DNA of 64,000 bases from Sphyrna mokarran (Eukaryota): positions 96,348,001-96,412,000 of the forward strand of contig JAGIQG010000002.1 of assembly GCA_024679065.1 (NCBI GenBank). The letters run 5' to 3'. This document shows, piece after piece, positions 27,069-39,361 of this stretch. A program made the position numbers and the translations under genes. Positions within the stretch are counted from its first letter, which is position 1, and the number at the start of each line of letters is the position of its first letter. The notes below the pieces were generated by a model. The model ran no database searches. It worked only from the letters and a program-made list of their open reading frames with translations, and had not been told where the DNA came from.

Positions 27069-27154
27069 AAATATGCTCTACCTATCTTCCCACACATATG
27101 GAGAACCCTTGTGGGGGTTCTCCATATGTGTGGCAAGATAGGTAGAACGTATTT
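27069..27154. repeat. 40-bp-arm inverted repeat (hairpin)
   Basis: 27069-27108 pairs with 27115-27154 with 3 differences; 6-nt loop. Confidence 0.92.
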
Positions 27155-28599
27155 TTAGTGTAGATTGCGATGCCCTTTAAAGATGGCATCCTGATCACTG
27201 TGGAGCTGGCCTTGTCAGTTCTATCAGGCCCTGCCCAATCAGAATGATGGAACACAGTTGGAGAAATGCATACCAGTTTTCAGTCAGAAAACCCTTACAA
27301 ATGTCTACCCATTAACTTTGACAAAAGACATATAAACCTTGTCTGGGTCCCTAAGATTGTTAATGTTTCAACCATTAAGAACTGAAAAGAAGGTTCCAGG
27401 CTCTTTGTCTTAGCAGATGAGCAGGCTGTTGTGTATGTTATGTAATAGAGTTATGTAATTGGGTTATGTAATAGAGATGATCTTTGTATAGTTCTTTTGA
27501 AATTGCTCAGTGCAGCCTTCAGGGGGTCAACAACATCTCTTCAGTGGTAAATATTGAGTTTCCCCAATACTGCCTGATTTTTTTGTTTGGGATCACAGAC
27601 AGAAATAGATTCAGCCATTTTAGGTCTTTTTCCCCTTGTCCGGTTTGAAATTTTTAGCGATATCAATGAGTATATCTCCATTTATTTTATTAAAAATATA
27701 CATATGGTGAAGTCTTAGTCCCTCATACTGCAGTGCAATTACTTGCAAGGTGCATCGGTCCTTCTATATGTGTAGCAGTTTCAGATTGTGCATTCAATCA
27801 GCTGTATCTTCCTGAATGCATCTAGCTTCTGTAAGGCAACTGCAGTGGAACTGGAAATCAGAAGCAGGATCTGTCCAAGCAGGTTGCTTTACTGAATGTG
27901 GAACCTGAAACCTTCGGGGCCTAAAGCTGTTTGCTGCCTGCCTTGTCTGTCTCTTACGCAGAGTAGGAACACTGTAGTGCAAGTATTTGGAAGCCACAAA
28001 TCACTGCGATTGAAGTGGTAATCTGTTTGCAATAGACTCAAATTGCAAGCAAACAGCTCAACAACTGCCCTAGCTAGTATCTTCAGATTATTATTAGCTC
28101 TTGATATACTCAGAAAATATTACCATGATTAAAACAGCCATCAATCAAGAATTGAAGTACAAGCAGTGAATTTTGACAACACTACTACTATTGAGGTTAG
28201 CAGTTAAAATAACAACATTACTAATCGTTATTGAAATTAACAATACAACAAACTACAGCCAAAGGTACCAGAATCCAAGCAACTTCAGAGAACAGCACAC
28301 CTGCAGTTCAGAATCTAAGCTTCGCTATTTCAGACAGCAACAAGCCAAGGGGGCAGCAAAGTAGCTCCAGGCTCATGACAGCATATTCAGAAGGACTTAT
28401 AAAAAAAATCCCCAAATTTTACAGTTCTCTCTTAAGTTTGCAAGTTAAGCTGAGTTTAACTTGGAAATTATGTCTTGCAATCAATTCACAAGAGTTGGAA
28501 TGTATGTGGATCAGCCTTTGGGGCTGGGAGGAGTGAAGAACAGCGAAGAAGATTGGAGTGAGTTGGAGCAGCTGGGAGAAAGGAGGGAACATTGCACAG

Positions 28600-29420
28600 A
28601 TGTTCCTACTATCAAGGTCTTCAGGCAACACTTTATAAACATCAACCTGACAGAGGATCAGTGCTTCAGGTGCCTGAGCTCAGCTGAGAGGCTGTAACAG
28701 ATTTGTGCTGTTGAACTATTTCCTGAATTGCACTGAAATCCTGGGACTGGGAAGACTTCACTCCTCAAATGATGGCTTGAACTACTTCTTCCTCTGTTTG
28801 CATATCCAGGGGCAGCACAGTGGTTAGCACTGCTGCCTCACAGCACAGGGACCTGTGTTTCATTTTTGGCTTGGGTGACTGTGTGGATTTGTACGTTCTT
28901 CCTGTGTCTACATGAGTTTCCTCTGGGTGCTCTGGTTTCTTCTCAGTCCAAAAATGTGCAGGTTAGGTTGATTGCCCATGCTAAATTGCTCCTTAGTGTT
29001 AAAGGGGTTAATAGGGTAAATATATGAGTTATGGGGATAGAGCCTGGGTAGGAGTATTGTCAATGCAGACCGAATGGCCTCCTTCTGCACTGTAGGTATT
29101 CTATGATTCTATTGCATTCAGTTCTCTGGCCTCCAAAAGGGAAATAGGGTCTTTACCCTACTGCCAACAGCCTGGACAAGTGTATCCAAAGCTGCCCCTG
29201 AAAATCTAATGGAGCTAGCTGTGTTTTCCAAGCAGCCACTGACTGCCTGCAAAGACAACACCTTAGAGATGCAGGTTGTCTTTAAATGGGACCAGAGATG
29301 CCCAATTTTCTGGCTCTAAAACAAGTTCTCAGCCAATATGTAGTAGTACGTAGCCCTCATGGCATCTCTGTAGCATAGAGCAAGAATTTCTGATGATCCC
29401 TGTGACCACATTGGTAGGCA
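28600..29420 (+). pseudogene. Harbinger transposase relic split by an HE1 SINE
   Basis: KVFRQHFININLTEDQCFRCL (HARBI1-like N-terminus) in ORF 28461-28697; after the SINE, LEMQVV...AQFSGS resembles LNVQLVCD...ARFPGS. Confidence 0.55.
28809..29111 (+). mobile_element. HE1-type V-SINE
   Basis: ggggcagcacagtggttagcactgctgcctcacagc...ctgtaggtattctatgattcta; imperfect TSD ttgcat(a)t(c)cag. Confidence 0.88.
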
Positions 29421-30922
29421 CTTGCAGCTTAATTCCTCCCATCTCAGTGCTGCTTAACATACAATCACATTTCTGGACCAATATTTAGCGCTCACAGATC
29501 TTATAGTAAGTTTCAAAAACAAGTACGGGATATCACAACGCACAATAAATCCTTGTCCGTTCGTTGTACAGCAAACAAACGTGCTGATTGTCCATTACAA
29601 TATTCATCATTCATCCATTGTGAAATGTACTGTTAAATGGCTGAAATACCCAAGTATGAGGTGCAAAGTTTTGAGAGGCTAGCACAAGTTTGTCTGCACT
29701 CTTTAAAGCAAGCCCTTAAAAGCAAGGTACACTCTAACTGGACTAGTTGTTGGAAGTGGTTATAGAAGTGACTTGGACTGAAAGAGTTACAGGAATGCCT
29801 CAATGTTTCAGTGGGTTTCGATGCAATTCCAGAGACGATGCTGCAAGAGATAGGCTTTGGCCATCCTCACGGAGCCAGCAGGCCCTCCAGGCAAATTCTT
29901 GAGAAGACGAAGGGAGCAGATAACCATACAGGTCAACGCCAGCAGCACAGTCCCAAGGAGTTGGATATACTATAAAACCATAATAACTTCATACAAGTTT
30001 TCAAGATTAGTGAATGCATTTTCAGATGCCACATTTCATATAGTGCATTATTAACTTCACACACTGCTCAATGCATCATCCCTATTATTTACCTACGCAC
30101 AATTTTCTTCAATCACAACTCATTCCATACATTCATAGCTTCACTTCATTCTCACCCACTTAACTTATTACAAGTCTCGCACCCATATTTCATGGCTTGC
30201 ATACACTGCCACATAGCTAACCATGACAAACACATACAATACACTCATTCTCTCCTTGCGAGACAAGGTGGGATGTAATTGAAGACTGCATTGTCTAACT
30301 GTTTGGGAATAGGTGCTTCTGATTTCCTTGTCCTGAATGTTGCTCACAATTATTGGAGCCACCATGACTAAGGCTGTAGCCAGCAGAGAGGCTGAAACAA
30401 TCCAAGATGTCAGCACGTTCCTCCTTCTTGTTTCCCATTACTTCATCTTCCACCACTCTCTTATGATTCTAACTTGCACCTGTTATAAGTGTGCCCATCT
30501 TGCATTATCCTGTATCCCTCCATTATAGCACTTCCCTTTCAGTATCCAAGAACTGCCATCTGAGAAGGCAGTGGCACAGGAGCATTAAGAATAAATGGAA
30601 GAAGAGACTGATGATGATGTAACACTGTCAGTCAGTCTCACATAGCATCACCAGTGCTGAAGCTGGTGTTGTGTGAACTTTAGAGGGTAACTAAGAGGTG
30701 AGATCTGAAGTGGGAAGTCACTGAGAGATCCATTATTACAATAGGGGAAATAGCAATTTCTTGCTCCTTGGTGGGGGCAAGTTGCACACAAATTGTTCTG
30801 CAGAGGATCCAGATGGGGATTTTGAAGGGGCTGCATCCATAAAATCAATATGAGATTGCACAATGAAATGCCTGATGCAATGTCAGGCCTATGAGGATGC
30901 CTGTTGTCAATGTGTAGGAGCA

Positions 30923-32486
30923 TCACAGCACCAGATTAAAGTCCAACAAGTTTATTTGGTAGCAAAATCCATCAGCTTTCAGAGCGCTTGCTGCTCCTTC
31001 ATCAGGTGAGTGTGAGTTCTATTCACAAACAGGGTATATAAAGACATAAACTCAATTTACAAAATAATTGTTGGAATGTGAGCCTTTACAGGTAATCAAG
31101 TCTCTAAGAAAGACAATGTGAGTAGAGAGAGGGTTAAGCACAGGTTAAAGAGATGTGTATTGTCTCCAGGTAGGACAGTTAGTGAGATTTTGCAAGTCCA
31201 GGCAAGTTAAGGGGGCTACAGATAGTGTAACATGAACCCAAGATTCCAGTTGAGGCCATCCTCATGTGCGGAACTTGGCTATCAGTCTCTGCTCAGCGAT
31301 TCTGCGCTGTCGTGTCATGAAGGCTGCCTTGGAGAATGCTTACCCAAAGATCAGAGGCCAAATGCCCGTGACCACTGAAGTGTTCCCCAACAGGAAGAGA
31401 ACACTCTTGCCTGGTGATTGTTCAGCGGTGTTCATTCATTCACTATTGTAGCATCTGCATGGTCTCCACAATGTACCATTCCTCAGGACATCCTTTCCTG
31501 CAGTGTATCAGGTAGACAACGTTGGCCGAATTGCAAGAGTATGTACTTGGTGGATGGTGTTCTCATGTGAGATGATGGGATCCGTGTCGATGATCCGGCA
31601 TGTCTTGCAGAGCTTGCTGTGGCAGAGTTGTGTGGTGTTGTGGTTACTGTTCTCCTGAAGGCTGGATATTTTGCAATGGACAATAGTCTGTTTAAGGTTG
31701 TGCAGTTGTTTGAAAGCAAGAAGTGTTAGGATAATGTATTTGCTACTATATAGTATGACGGCGGCGCGGGCTCGTTGGGCCGAAGGGCCTGTTTCCCGTG
31801 CTGTGTTGCTTTAAAAAAAAAGTGGGGGTGTGGGGATGGCCTTGGCAAGATGTTCATCTTTATCAATGACATGTTGAAGGCTCCGGAGAAGACTTCATAC
31901 TTCTCCTCCCGGGGAAGTACTGGATGACGAAGGGTATTCTTTCCGCCATCTCCTGTGTTTGTCTTCTGAGGAGGCTGGTGCCGTTTTTCGTGTGACACAT
32001 TGGAACTGTCAATCAATGAATCAAGCCCCAAATTCTATTCTTATGAAGGTATCTTTCAGCATCTGGAGTGTCTGTTGCGATCCTCCTCATCCAAACAGAT
32101 CCTATCTATACAGAAGGCTTGTCCATAGGGGATGGCTTCTTTAACGTATTTAGGGTGAAAGCTGGGGAAGTGGAGCATCGTAAAGTTCATGCATTGTGTC
32201 AATACACTTCTCTTTAACCTGTGCTTAACGCTTTCTCCATTCACATTGTCTGTACCTTTGAGACTTGATTACCTGTTAAAACTCACATTCCAACCATTAT
32301 TTTGTAAACTGAGTTTCTGTCTTTATGTGCCCTGTTTGAGAATAGAACTTCAACTCACTTGACAAAGGAGCAGCAAGCGCTCCGAAAGCTAATGGATTTT
32401 GCTACCAAATAAACCTGTTGGACTTTAATCTGATGCTATGAGACTTCTTACTGTGTTTACCCCAGTCCAACACCGCATCTCCACAT
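30923..32486 (-). mobile_element. Penelope-like element with ~240-bp inverted pLTRs
   Basis: 30923-31162 is inverted at 32200-32441; decayed RT-thumb/GIY-YIG region (FPSFHPKYVKEAIPYGQA) homologous to 17367-18050; 14-bp TSD aatgtgtaggagca at 30909-30922 and 32487-32500. Confidence 0.93.
31726..31816 (+). mobile_element. Young, very short CR1-tail retro-insertion nested in Penelope
   Basis: CpG-rich ggcgcgggctcgttgggccgaagggcctgtttcccgtgctgt plus A-run; TSD aagaagtg (31718-31725) and aaaaagtg (31817-31824); absent from the homologous position in the 17-kb copy. Confidence 0.75.
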
Positions 32487-33149
32487 AATGTGTAGGAGCA
32501 CAGAGGAGGTTGGCACTGACCTGTTACACAGCTTTGCATAGAACTTGGAGCCCATTCTTTCCAACATGGAAATAGTAGCCAACACCATGAGAGCATTTAC
32601 AAATCTAACCATCTTGTACTACCTGTTGGCCTCTGTATCAACATCCAAAGAGAAGCCATCCACTGTCTGAGTGTCACAGTGGAAGCTCAGATTGAACTTG
32701 TGTATGGTTCCGGCTGGACACTAGTGATCAAATGAGGATTGAAGGATCTCACAGCAATCTGCTCTCCAATTTACTGGTATTGTTGAGGTGTTATCCTGTG
32801 GAATGGTAGAGGCTCTGAGTAGCATGAATCTGCTAAGTTAGTACAGAGGGAGCTACATGAGTTCATCCAACAAGACCAACTGCAGTCACCCTTATTACAG
32901 TCACTGGGACAGCATGTGCATGTAGTCAATGGTATTCTGCATGATAGGAAAACCTGCAAATCCTCACAAATCCACTTCATCCTGCCTGCTTCTCTGTGGC
33001 AAAACAGAATCACATATAATCAACTCCCTTGAAATTTGGAACCTAGAGATTTTAACAGTTCGTGGCAAATAGGGAAGTGATGCAAGGATTACCAGTTTTG
33101 AAGGAGCCCTAAGCATAAAGGTCCACGATCATTGTCACTTTGCTACCAT

Positions 33150-33400
33150 TGGTAATGCTATCCTCATCCTGATCAGATTTTACAGCTGATAGATTTCATT
33201 AGTGAAGTGTAATCATCTGACGCACTGTTGTTGTGACATTCAGACTGGTGAATTGATTGCTAATTATCCTGGACACAGATGACCTCCCTTTTCAGACTCC
33301 ATCTTCTAGCAGCTTGTCCTGCTTTGTGTTACCTCTGATCATTCTTATTGTCATGCTCTAGTTCCTGAGAATGCATACCCCTGCACCTATGTTCAGAAGC
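33150..33400 (-). pseudogene. Harbinger transposase N-terminal relic, convergent with the Myb relic
   Basis: Minus strand QFTSLNV..QQCVR*LHFTNE resembles the HARBI1-like LNLSEEQCxRRLRFTKE. Confidence 0.4.
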
Positions 33401-34189
33401 AAGTGTAAATTACTTAGGATGTGCCATATCATTCCCGCAGACTGCCCCACCTTTAAATAAAAAACCCCAGATATTTCTTTAATTGCAACAACAACCAGTA
33501 TTAGTCAACAACTCATCTGTAAAGAGTGATGATCCCATTAAATAGTATTCATAAGGGTCATTCTGACTGAACATTTGTTCAGCTGTAGATGTTTAAGGAT
33601 GGCATTTAACTGGAGCATTCAATTCCGAAGTGGCAACACTGGTGTCAGTTACATATTGACTGATACCACAATCTGCCTACTCTGCAGATTTCCATTGGAT
33701 ACAGTTGCATGCATGCTAATGTCCACAACAAATTAGCATTGAATGTGGTTCACATCAGAAAGGTAAATGCATGTACAAATTGGATTGAAAATGGCCCTGG
33801 TATAACCAAAAATATCACTGTTAAGGAGTAAAATTTTACCAAAAAACATTTAAACTGACATGTTCTGTCTTCCTAGACAGCGGCAGGCACAATAATAAGC
33901 TTCCTGCATTTATTATTACACCTTGAAGAGTGTTGGCCATGCACTTAGCCTGCTGCTGAGTTGAATATGCAGTGGAAGATTACTCAGCCATGACAACTTG
34001 AAGTCATACACTTGCATTAAAAGTGTGAATGCAATTTATAAAGAAGGAAAGACTTATATTTAGATAGCACTTTTCATGACTTTAGATGTTCCCATTACAC
34101 TTGACAGTCAATTAAGCACTATTCAAGTGGAGCTCTGTTGTAATGTAAAGTGGGGGAGTTGCACTGTTGGTTAAGGAAAACATGATTAA

Positions 34190-34315
34190 GCATAAGCATA
34201 CTGGTTAAGCAGAACATCTCATTTACCTGACGATGAGCATAGCCTTGAAAGCTTGTGAGTTTACTATCAAATAAATCGGTTGGACTTAAACCTGGTGTTG
34301 TCAGACTTTTTACTA
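34190..34315 (+). mobile_element. Penelope pLTR fragment with hammerhead core (34223-34258)
   Basis: ttac-CTGACGA-tgagcatagcctt-GAAA-gc-TT-gtga, then tactatcaaataaatcggttgga, shared with 59398-59419. Confidence 0.8.
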
Positions 34316-34324
34316 AGAAAAATA

Positions 34325-35340
34325 TCACAGCTGTGCTGTGGGAGAACACCTCGGAGGTCTTATACAGAAAGGCAACATGGCGAGAGGTTAGAAATAGGAA
34401 GGGTGTAGTCACAATGTTGGGAGTTTAATATAGGCCTCCCAACAGCCAGCAGGAGACAGAGGAACAGATACGTAGGCAGATTTTGGCGAGGTGTAAAAAT
34501 AACAGGGTTGTTGTGGTGGGAGATTTTAACTTAACCTATATTGACTGGGACTCACTTAGCGGTAAGGGTGTGGATGGGGCAGAGTTTGTAAGGAGCAGCC
34601 AGGACGGCTTCTTGGAACAGTATGTAGATAATCCAACTATGAAAGGGGCCAAACTGGACCTGTATTGGGGAATGAATCTGGTCAGGTGGTCAACGTTTCA
34701 GTTCTGGAAAAGTGACCACAATTCAGTAAGCTTTAAGGTACTGATGGATAAAAATAAACACAATCCTCAAATGAAGGCGCTAAATTGGGAGAAGGCTAAT
34801 TCCAACAATATTAGACAGGAACTAAAAAATGTAGACTGGGGGCAGGTATTTGAGGGCAAATCAACAATTGGCATATGGGAGGCTTTCAGTGTAAGTTGAT
34901 AGAAATTCAGGTACATTCCTGCAAGGCTGAAAGCTATGGCAAGTTTTGGGAACCTCAGGTAATGAGAGATACTATGGGTTTCATCAGAGAAAAAGGAAGC
35001 AGTTATCAAGGATAGGAGGCTGAAAACACACAAAGCAAGTAGAAGTAGAAAGAAACTTAAGCAAGGAGTAAGGACTTCTAAAAGGGACATGAAAAGTCAT
35101 TTGCCAGTGAGATTAAGGAAAATCTCGTCTTTTATACATAAAGAGTAAGAAGACAGCCAGGGAGAAGGTTAGCCCATTCAAAGACAGGAGAGAGAATCTA
35201 TGCGCACACCGGAGGAAATGGGCGAAATACTAAATGAAACTTTGTGTCAGTATTCACTAAAGAGAACTTGGTGGATGAGTCTGGGGAAGGGTGTAGATAG
35301 TTTGAGTCATGTTGTGATCAAAAAGAAGGTGGTATTAGGG
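34325..35340 (+). mobile_element. CR1 ORF2 internal fragment (APE endonuclease and linker)
   Basis: (Y)RPPNS at about 34430; ORF 34483-34899 VVVVGDFNLTYIDWD...LDL...SDHNSVSF. Confidence 0.88.
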
Positions 35341-35660
35341 TACATAGGAAAGGAAAGGAGAGTGCAAAATGTAGTGCTGGTCATAGGTAAGGTGGAGAAA
35401 AAGATCAATTTAATGTGAGCTAAGTTCAGTGAAAAGATGGCAACAGGGAAGAAACTGTTTTTGAGTCAGTTGGTATGTGATTTCAGGCTTTTATATCATT
35501 TTCCTGACAGAAGAAGGTGGAAGAGAGTATGTCCAGGATACGTGGGATCCTTGATTGTGCTGGCTGCTTTTCCGAGGCAGCAAGAAGTATATACAGAGTC
35601 AATGGACGGGAGGCTGGTTTGAGTGATGGACTGGGCTTTATTCATGACCCTTTGTAGTTT
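35340..35660 (-). mobile_element. Rex1/Babar 3' fragment
   Basis: Reverse complement of the 5110-5420 region; ORF 35437-35622 is near-identical to ORF 5179-5361. Confidence 0.85.
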
Positions 35661-35979
35661 CAGCCCAGATCATCTAAGCATTTTCTGTAGGAAGGAAGCA
35701 TAGCTGCTCAAAGGCTTTGTCCACACCGGGGATGATACTCTCTTGTCAAATAGCATTCCTATCAAAGCAGCAATAGATGACCTTCTGGACGCACAGTTTA
35801 AAGTGTTATCATTTTATACAATGTACAGGGAGGAAAACAGTAGGAAGACCCCCACGTGACCCACAAATGCTTTGTGTGATGTTGTCGGCTCTGTGATCGC
35901 CCCTCATGTAACCCTTTTATAACCTCAGATGAGCTAAAGACAGTCTGTTCAGTTGCCCTATGTTCTGGCTGAGATGCAT

Positions 35980-36322
35980 GTGGCAGTCACACAATGGCAG
36001 CAGTGTGCACCAGTTACAAGATGTATGGCAGCAATAACTTCCAAACACACCATCTAGAACAACCAGGGCAACAGACACACGGGCACACCACCAACTATAA
36101 ACCACAACCATTCTGACCTGGAAATATATTGCTGATCCTTCATTGTTGACGGGTCAGAATCCTCCCCTGACATCATTGGATTGCAGCAGTTTAAGAAGGC
36201 AGATGTGCACTTACGCATGGGAATTCCTTGAGGCACCACTGTTTTTTTTAAGGGCAATTAGGGATGGGTAGTAAATGCTGTCCTAGTCAGTGACACCCAT
36301 ATCTTAAGAATGAATTAAAAAG
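35980..36322 (+). mobile_element. CR1/L2-group LINE 3' end (same family as 50510-51410)
   Basis: Ends gtaaatgctgtcctagtcagtgacacccatatcttaagaatgaattaaaaa; reverse-homologous to 50510-50850. Confidence 0.65.
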
Positions 36323-36379
36323 AAACAGGGCCGCCTCTATTACTTTGTCCTGCTCCACAGATGATACCTCAACCAGTGG

Positions 36380-37030
36380 GAATTTGAAAACGATTTGGCA
36401 TCCTGATTTGATCACCCTCCTCCAGGGCATCCTCAGCCCTTGTCAGAGGCACTGATACCTGGTGGAGAATACCTTCTGGGACAACTGGTTTCCCTTCCAA
36501 AGATCTTTATGCAACCAGTGCCACTGATTGGTCCACACAATCCACTATCTTCTAAATCCTGGACCTCAGTGAGTTTCTTCTGCATCCAACGAAAGTGATG
36601 TCATATTTGGCTCTTGAAGAGGCTACCCACACATTCTATGCAAATATTCTGCTGAAAAGTCTGAACCATTGTGGCACATGTAATCTAGTTAGACTCCTCC
36701 ACTCTCAGCCCACGACCATTCAGTGCTTCAGGGAACTCCAATATGCAAGTGCACATCTGCTGTTGCTGGTCTGGGTATAGTCTCCCCGTCGATGAATCCT
36801 GACACCCTGCATCTGTGTCCAGCTGTGCAGGACTGTTTCTGTTCTCTCACCTTTGAGGGGGACTTACCACAGCTCTCTCTGCCCATAGCACTTCTTCCTG
36901 AATACTAGTGCATGATTATTACTCTGTGTCACCATAACAACACATGGGTGAGGACCCACTGAGATGAGAGTGTGAAGTGCAACATTTCTTCTTCTTCTCC
37001 TCCTTTGTTTCCTTCTTCCTTGTGGAGCTT
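36380..37030 (-). pseudogene. Possible highly decayed Harbinger transposase 5' half
   Basis: Weak minus-strand resemblance to the other transposase relics in this window; no clean motif. Confidence 0.25.
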
Positions 37031-37899
37031 AAGTCTTATGGAAGTAGAAAGAGAGGGTGCCTTGGGTTAGTTGTCTGTATCTGTGGGAAACACAGTAAGT
37101 GATGAGCTGGCTAAAACTGTGTTGAGGTTACCCAATGTCACCCAGTGTCTGACTTGCTATTGGACAAATGAAATTTCTGCATCCCATTAATGACCACTTT
37201 GCTCGCTGAAATCAGTTGGTGTACTCAGCGTTGCTGTTTCATGAGAACCTAATTAACTCCTCTGACCTACCCTGGCTATGTTCAAGATCTCGTACTCCAT
37301 GAAAAGTAATTTAATAGAGGAAAGACACCTCTCCTCCCATTTGGGCTCCTCCCTCACATTGTATGTGTATTTCTCAGGCAAGGACAGAGAATAAGGCACT
37401 GCTCTCCTGTGTTTAACATCATCTGCCCCTATCTATTAGGAGCTGTGTATTGTAGTGATAATAGTGGTTTATATACAGCAAACGGTTTGTGAAAGAGTGT
37501 TTACACAATCTTCTTCTGATGCAGATTGGTTTGTTGCGTGCATGATTGGCTTTTGGTTGTTTAGCGTATTACCAAATGTCCTCCATGAACTTAGCTATAT
37601 AAGGAGTTCTGTCCATCCTGAGGTGGTTACCTGTCTGTTCAAACAGTCTCCACAGATTCCAACCAGTTTGCTATGATTTGCTATTTAATTCAAATGATTC
37701 TATTCAATTCAGCAGTACCATTGCAATTAACAAGTATTAACAAGTAATTAGCATGTATCATACCTATCTAGCTTTAACACGACAAACACTGCTCTGAACA
37801 TATAACCAGCCTGTTAACCCTTTCTTTACACTTCATAATTGCATGCTGTAGCTGCATCATAAAATTTTGCAATTCATGTACAATAGCTAGAATATCATT

Positions 37900-38190
37900 A
37901 TTGCATTCTGCACTCTATCCATTTAAATAACTTGCTTTTCTGTTTTTCCAACCAAAGTGGACAACCTCTTATTTCCCCACATTATACTGTATCTGCTAAA
38001 TTTTTGCCCATTCATTTAATTTATTCACATCCCTTTACATACTCTTTGCAGCCACCCCATGACTTGCTTTCTTACCTAATCTTATATTATTAACAGATTT
38101 AGTTATAATACAATCAGTTCCTTCATTCTAGCCATTAATATAGGTCACAAATAACAGTGCAAGGATCCCTGTGTACTCCACCAGTTATTC
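37900..38190 (-). mobile_element. Decayed CR1 RT fragment
   Basis: ggatccctgtgtactccacc is the reverse of GGVHRD/GVPQGS-like; ccaaagtggacaacctc is the reverse of EVVHFG. Confidence 0.55.
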
Positions 38191-38354
38191 AGTGAAGAAA
38201 AATCATGTCTCTACCAGCAGTACCATCAAATTCAGAAAAAAGGGAATAAAACTACTTGAAAGTAAATGGCAATAAATAGATGTTTTAAACTTTACTTCTG
38301 AAATAACTGTGCTCGCAAAAATAACAACCACACAGACCCAGTTTTATTTATTTC

Positions 38355-38876
38355 ATTTTGGCATGTCAGCTATGACTCTCACCAACTTTTACAGCTGCAC
38401 CATAGAAAGCATTCTTTCTGGTCATTTCTCAGCTTGGTATGGCTCCTGCTCTGCCCAAGATAGCCAGAAACTACAGAAGATCATGAACGTAGCCCAATTC
38501 ATCACGCAAACCAACTTCCCATCCATTCACTTCTGTTTACACTTCCCGCTGCCTCAGCAAAGCAATCAGCATAAGGGCCCCATGCATCCTGGATGTTTTC
38601 TCTTCCACCTTCTTCTGTCGGGAAAAAGATAGAAAAGTCTGAGGTCATGTACCAATTGACTCAAGAACAGTTTCTTCCCTGCTGCCATCGGACTTTTGAA
38701 TAAACCTACTTTGCATTAAGCTGATCTTTCTCTATTCCCTAGCTATGACTGTAGCGCTACATTCTGCATTCTTTCGTTTCCTACTCGATGAATGGTATGC
38801 TTTCCTTGTGTAGCCCACAAGAAACAATATTTTCACTGTATACTAATATATGTGACGATAATAAATCAAATCAAAC
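38355..38876 (+). mobile_element. Rex1/Babar 3' fragment
   Basis: FGMSAMTLTNFYSCTIESILSG..AWYGSCS; tail ataaatcaaatcaaa; homologous to 5010-5460. Confidence 0.88.
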
Positions 38877-39306
38877 TATGCTGCTTAACTTTGTGTGCTT
38901 GCAAAAATAACAATTACAAAGAACTAGCTTTATTGACATTTGAAACGAGTTATTCATCATTGCTACTGTTGTTGAATTTGGCAACCTCCAGCTGAAACAT
39001 TAATATGTTAACCAGTTAACCAATATGTATTATCAATGTGGTCCTCACTTGGTTAAATTTGATTCAATTATACTGTAGGTAAAATGCACAGGGTTAAGGG
39101 GATTGATGTTCTTTCTGAGAGTCAGTGATGGACCTGATGGACACTGTAGGAGGTTCTATGGTTACAAAATAATACTGCAGTTGAAGCTACTTCTAAACCC
39201 TCTGCAGCTTTTGAAATTCTAAAATCAGTAATTTACATGCGACAAATTAGTTACTTAGAGTCTTATATATTACATTTCTTCAAACTGCCTATGCATTGTT
39301 GAAAAC

Positions 39307-39361
39307 TTTACCTTTCAAACGTTCTTAACTATAGTGCAGTTTAGAATGTTTGAAAGGTAAA
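39307..39361. repeat. 24-bp-arm hairpin
   Basis: tttacctttcaaacgttcttaact pairs with agtttagaatgtttgaaaggtaaa; one mismatch, one G:U, 7-nt loop. Confidence 0.88.

Larger units (their letters stand above)
29780..33140 (+). pseudogene. Harbinger Myb/SANT gene relic (about 3 exons), interrupted by Penelope
   Basis: ORF 29857-30054 LRRRREQITIQVNASSTVPRSWIYYK matches the Myb_DNA-bind_5 pattern (W-x-x-I-A-x-x-VNA-S-x-x-PR-x-W-x-QC); intron-like pyrimidine tracts at 30020-30260 and 30410-30542. Confidence 0.65.
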
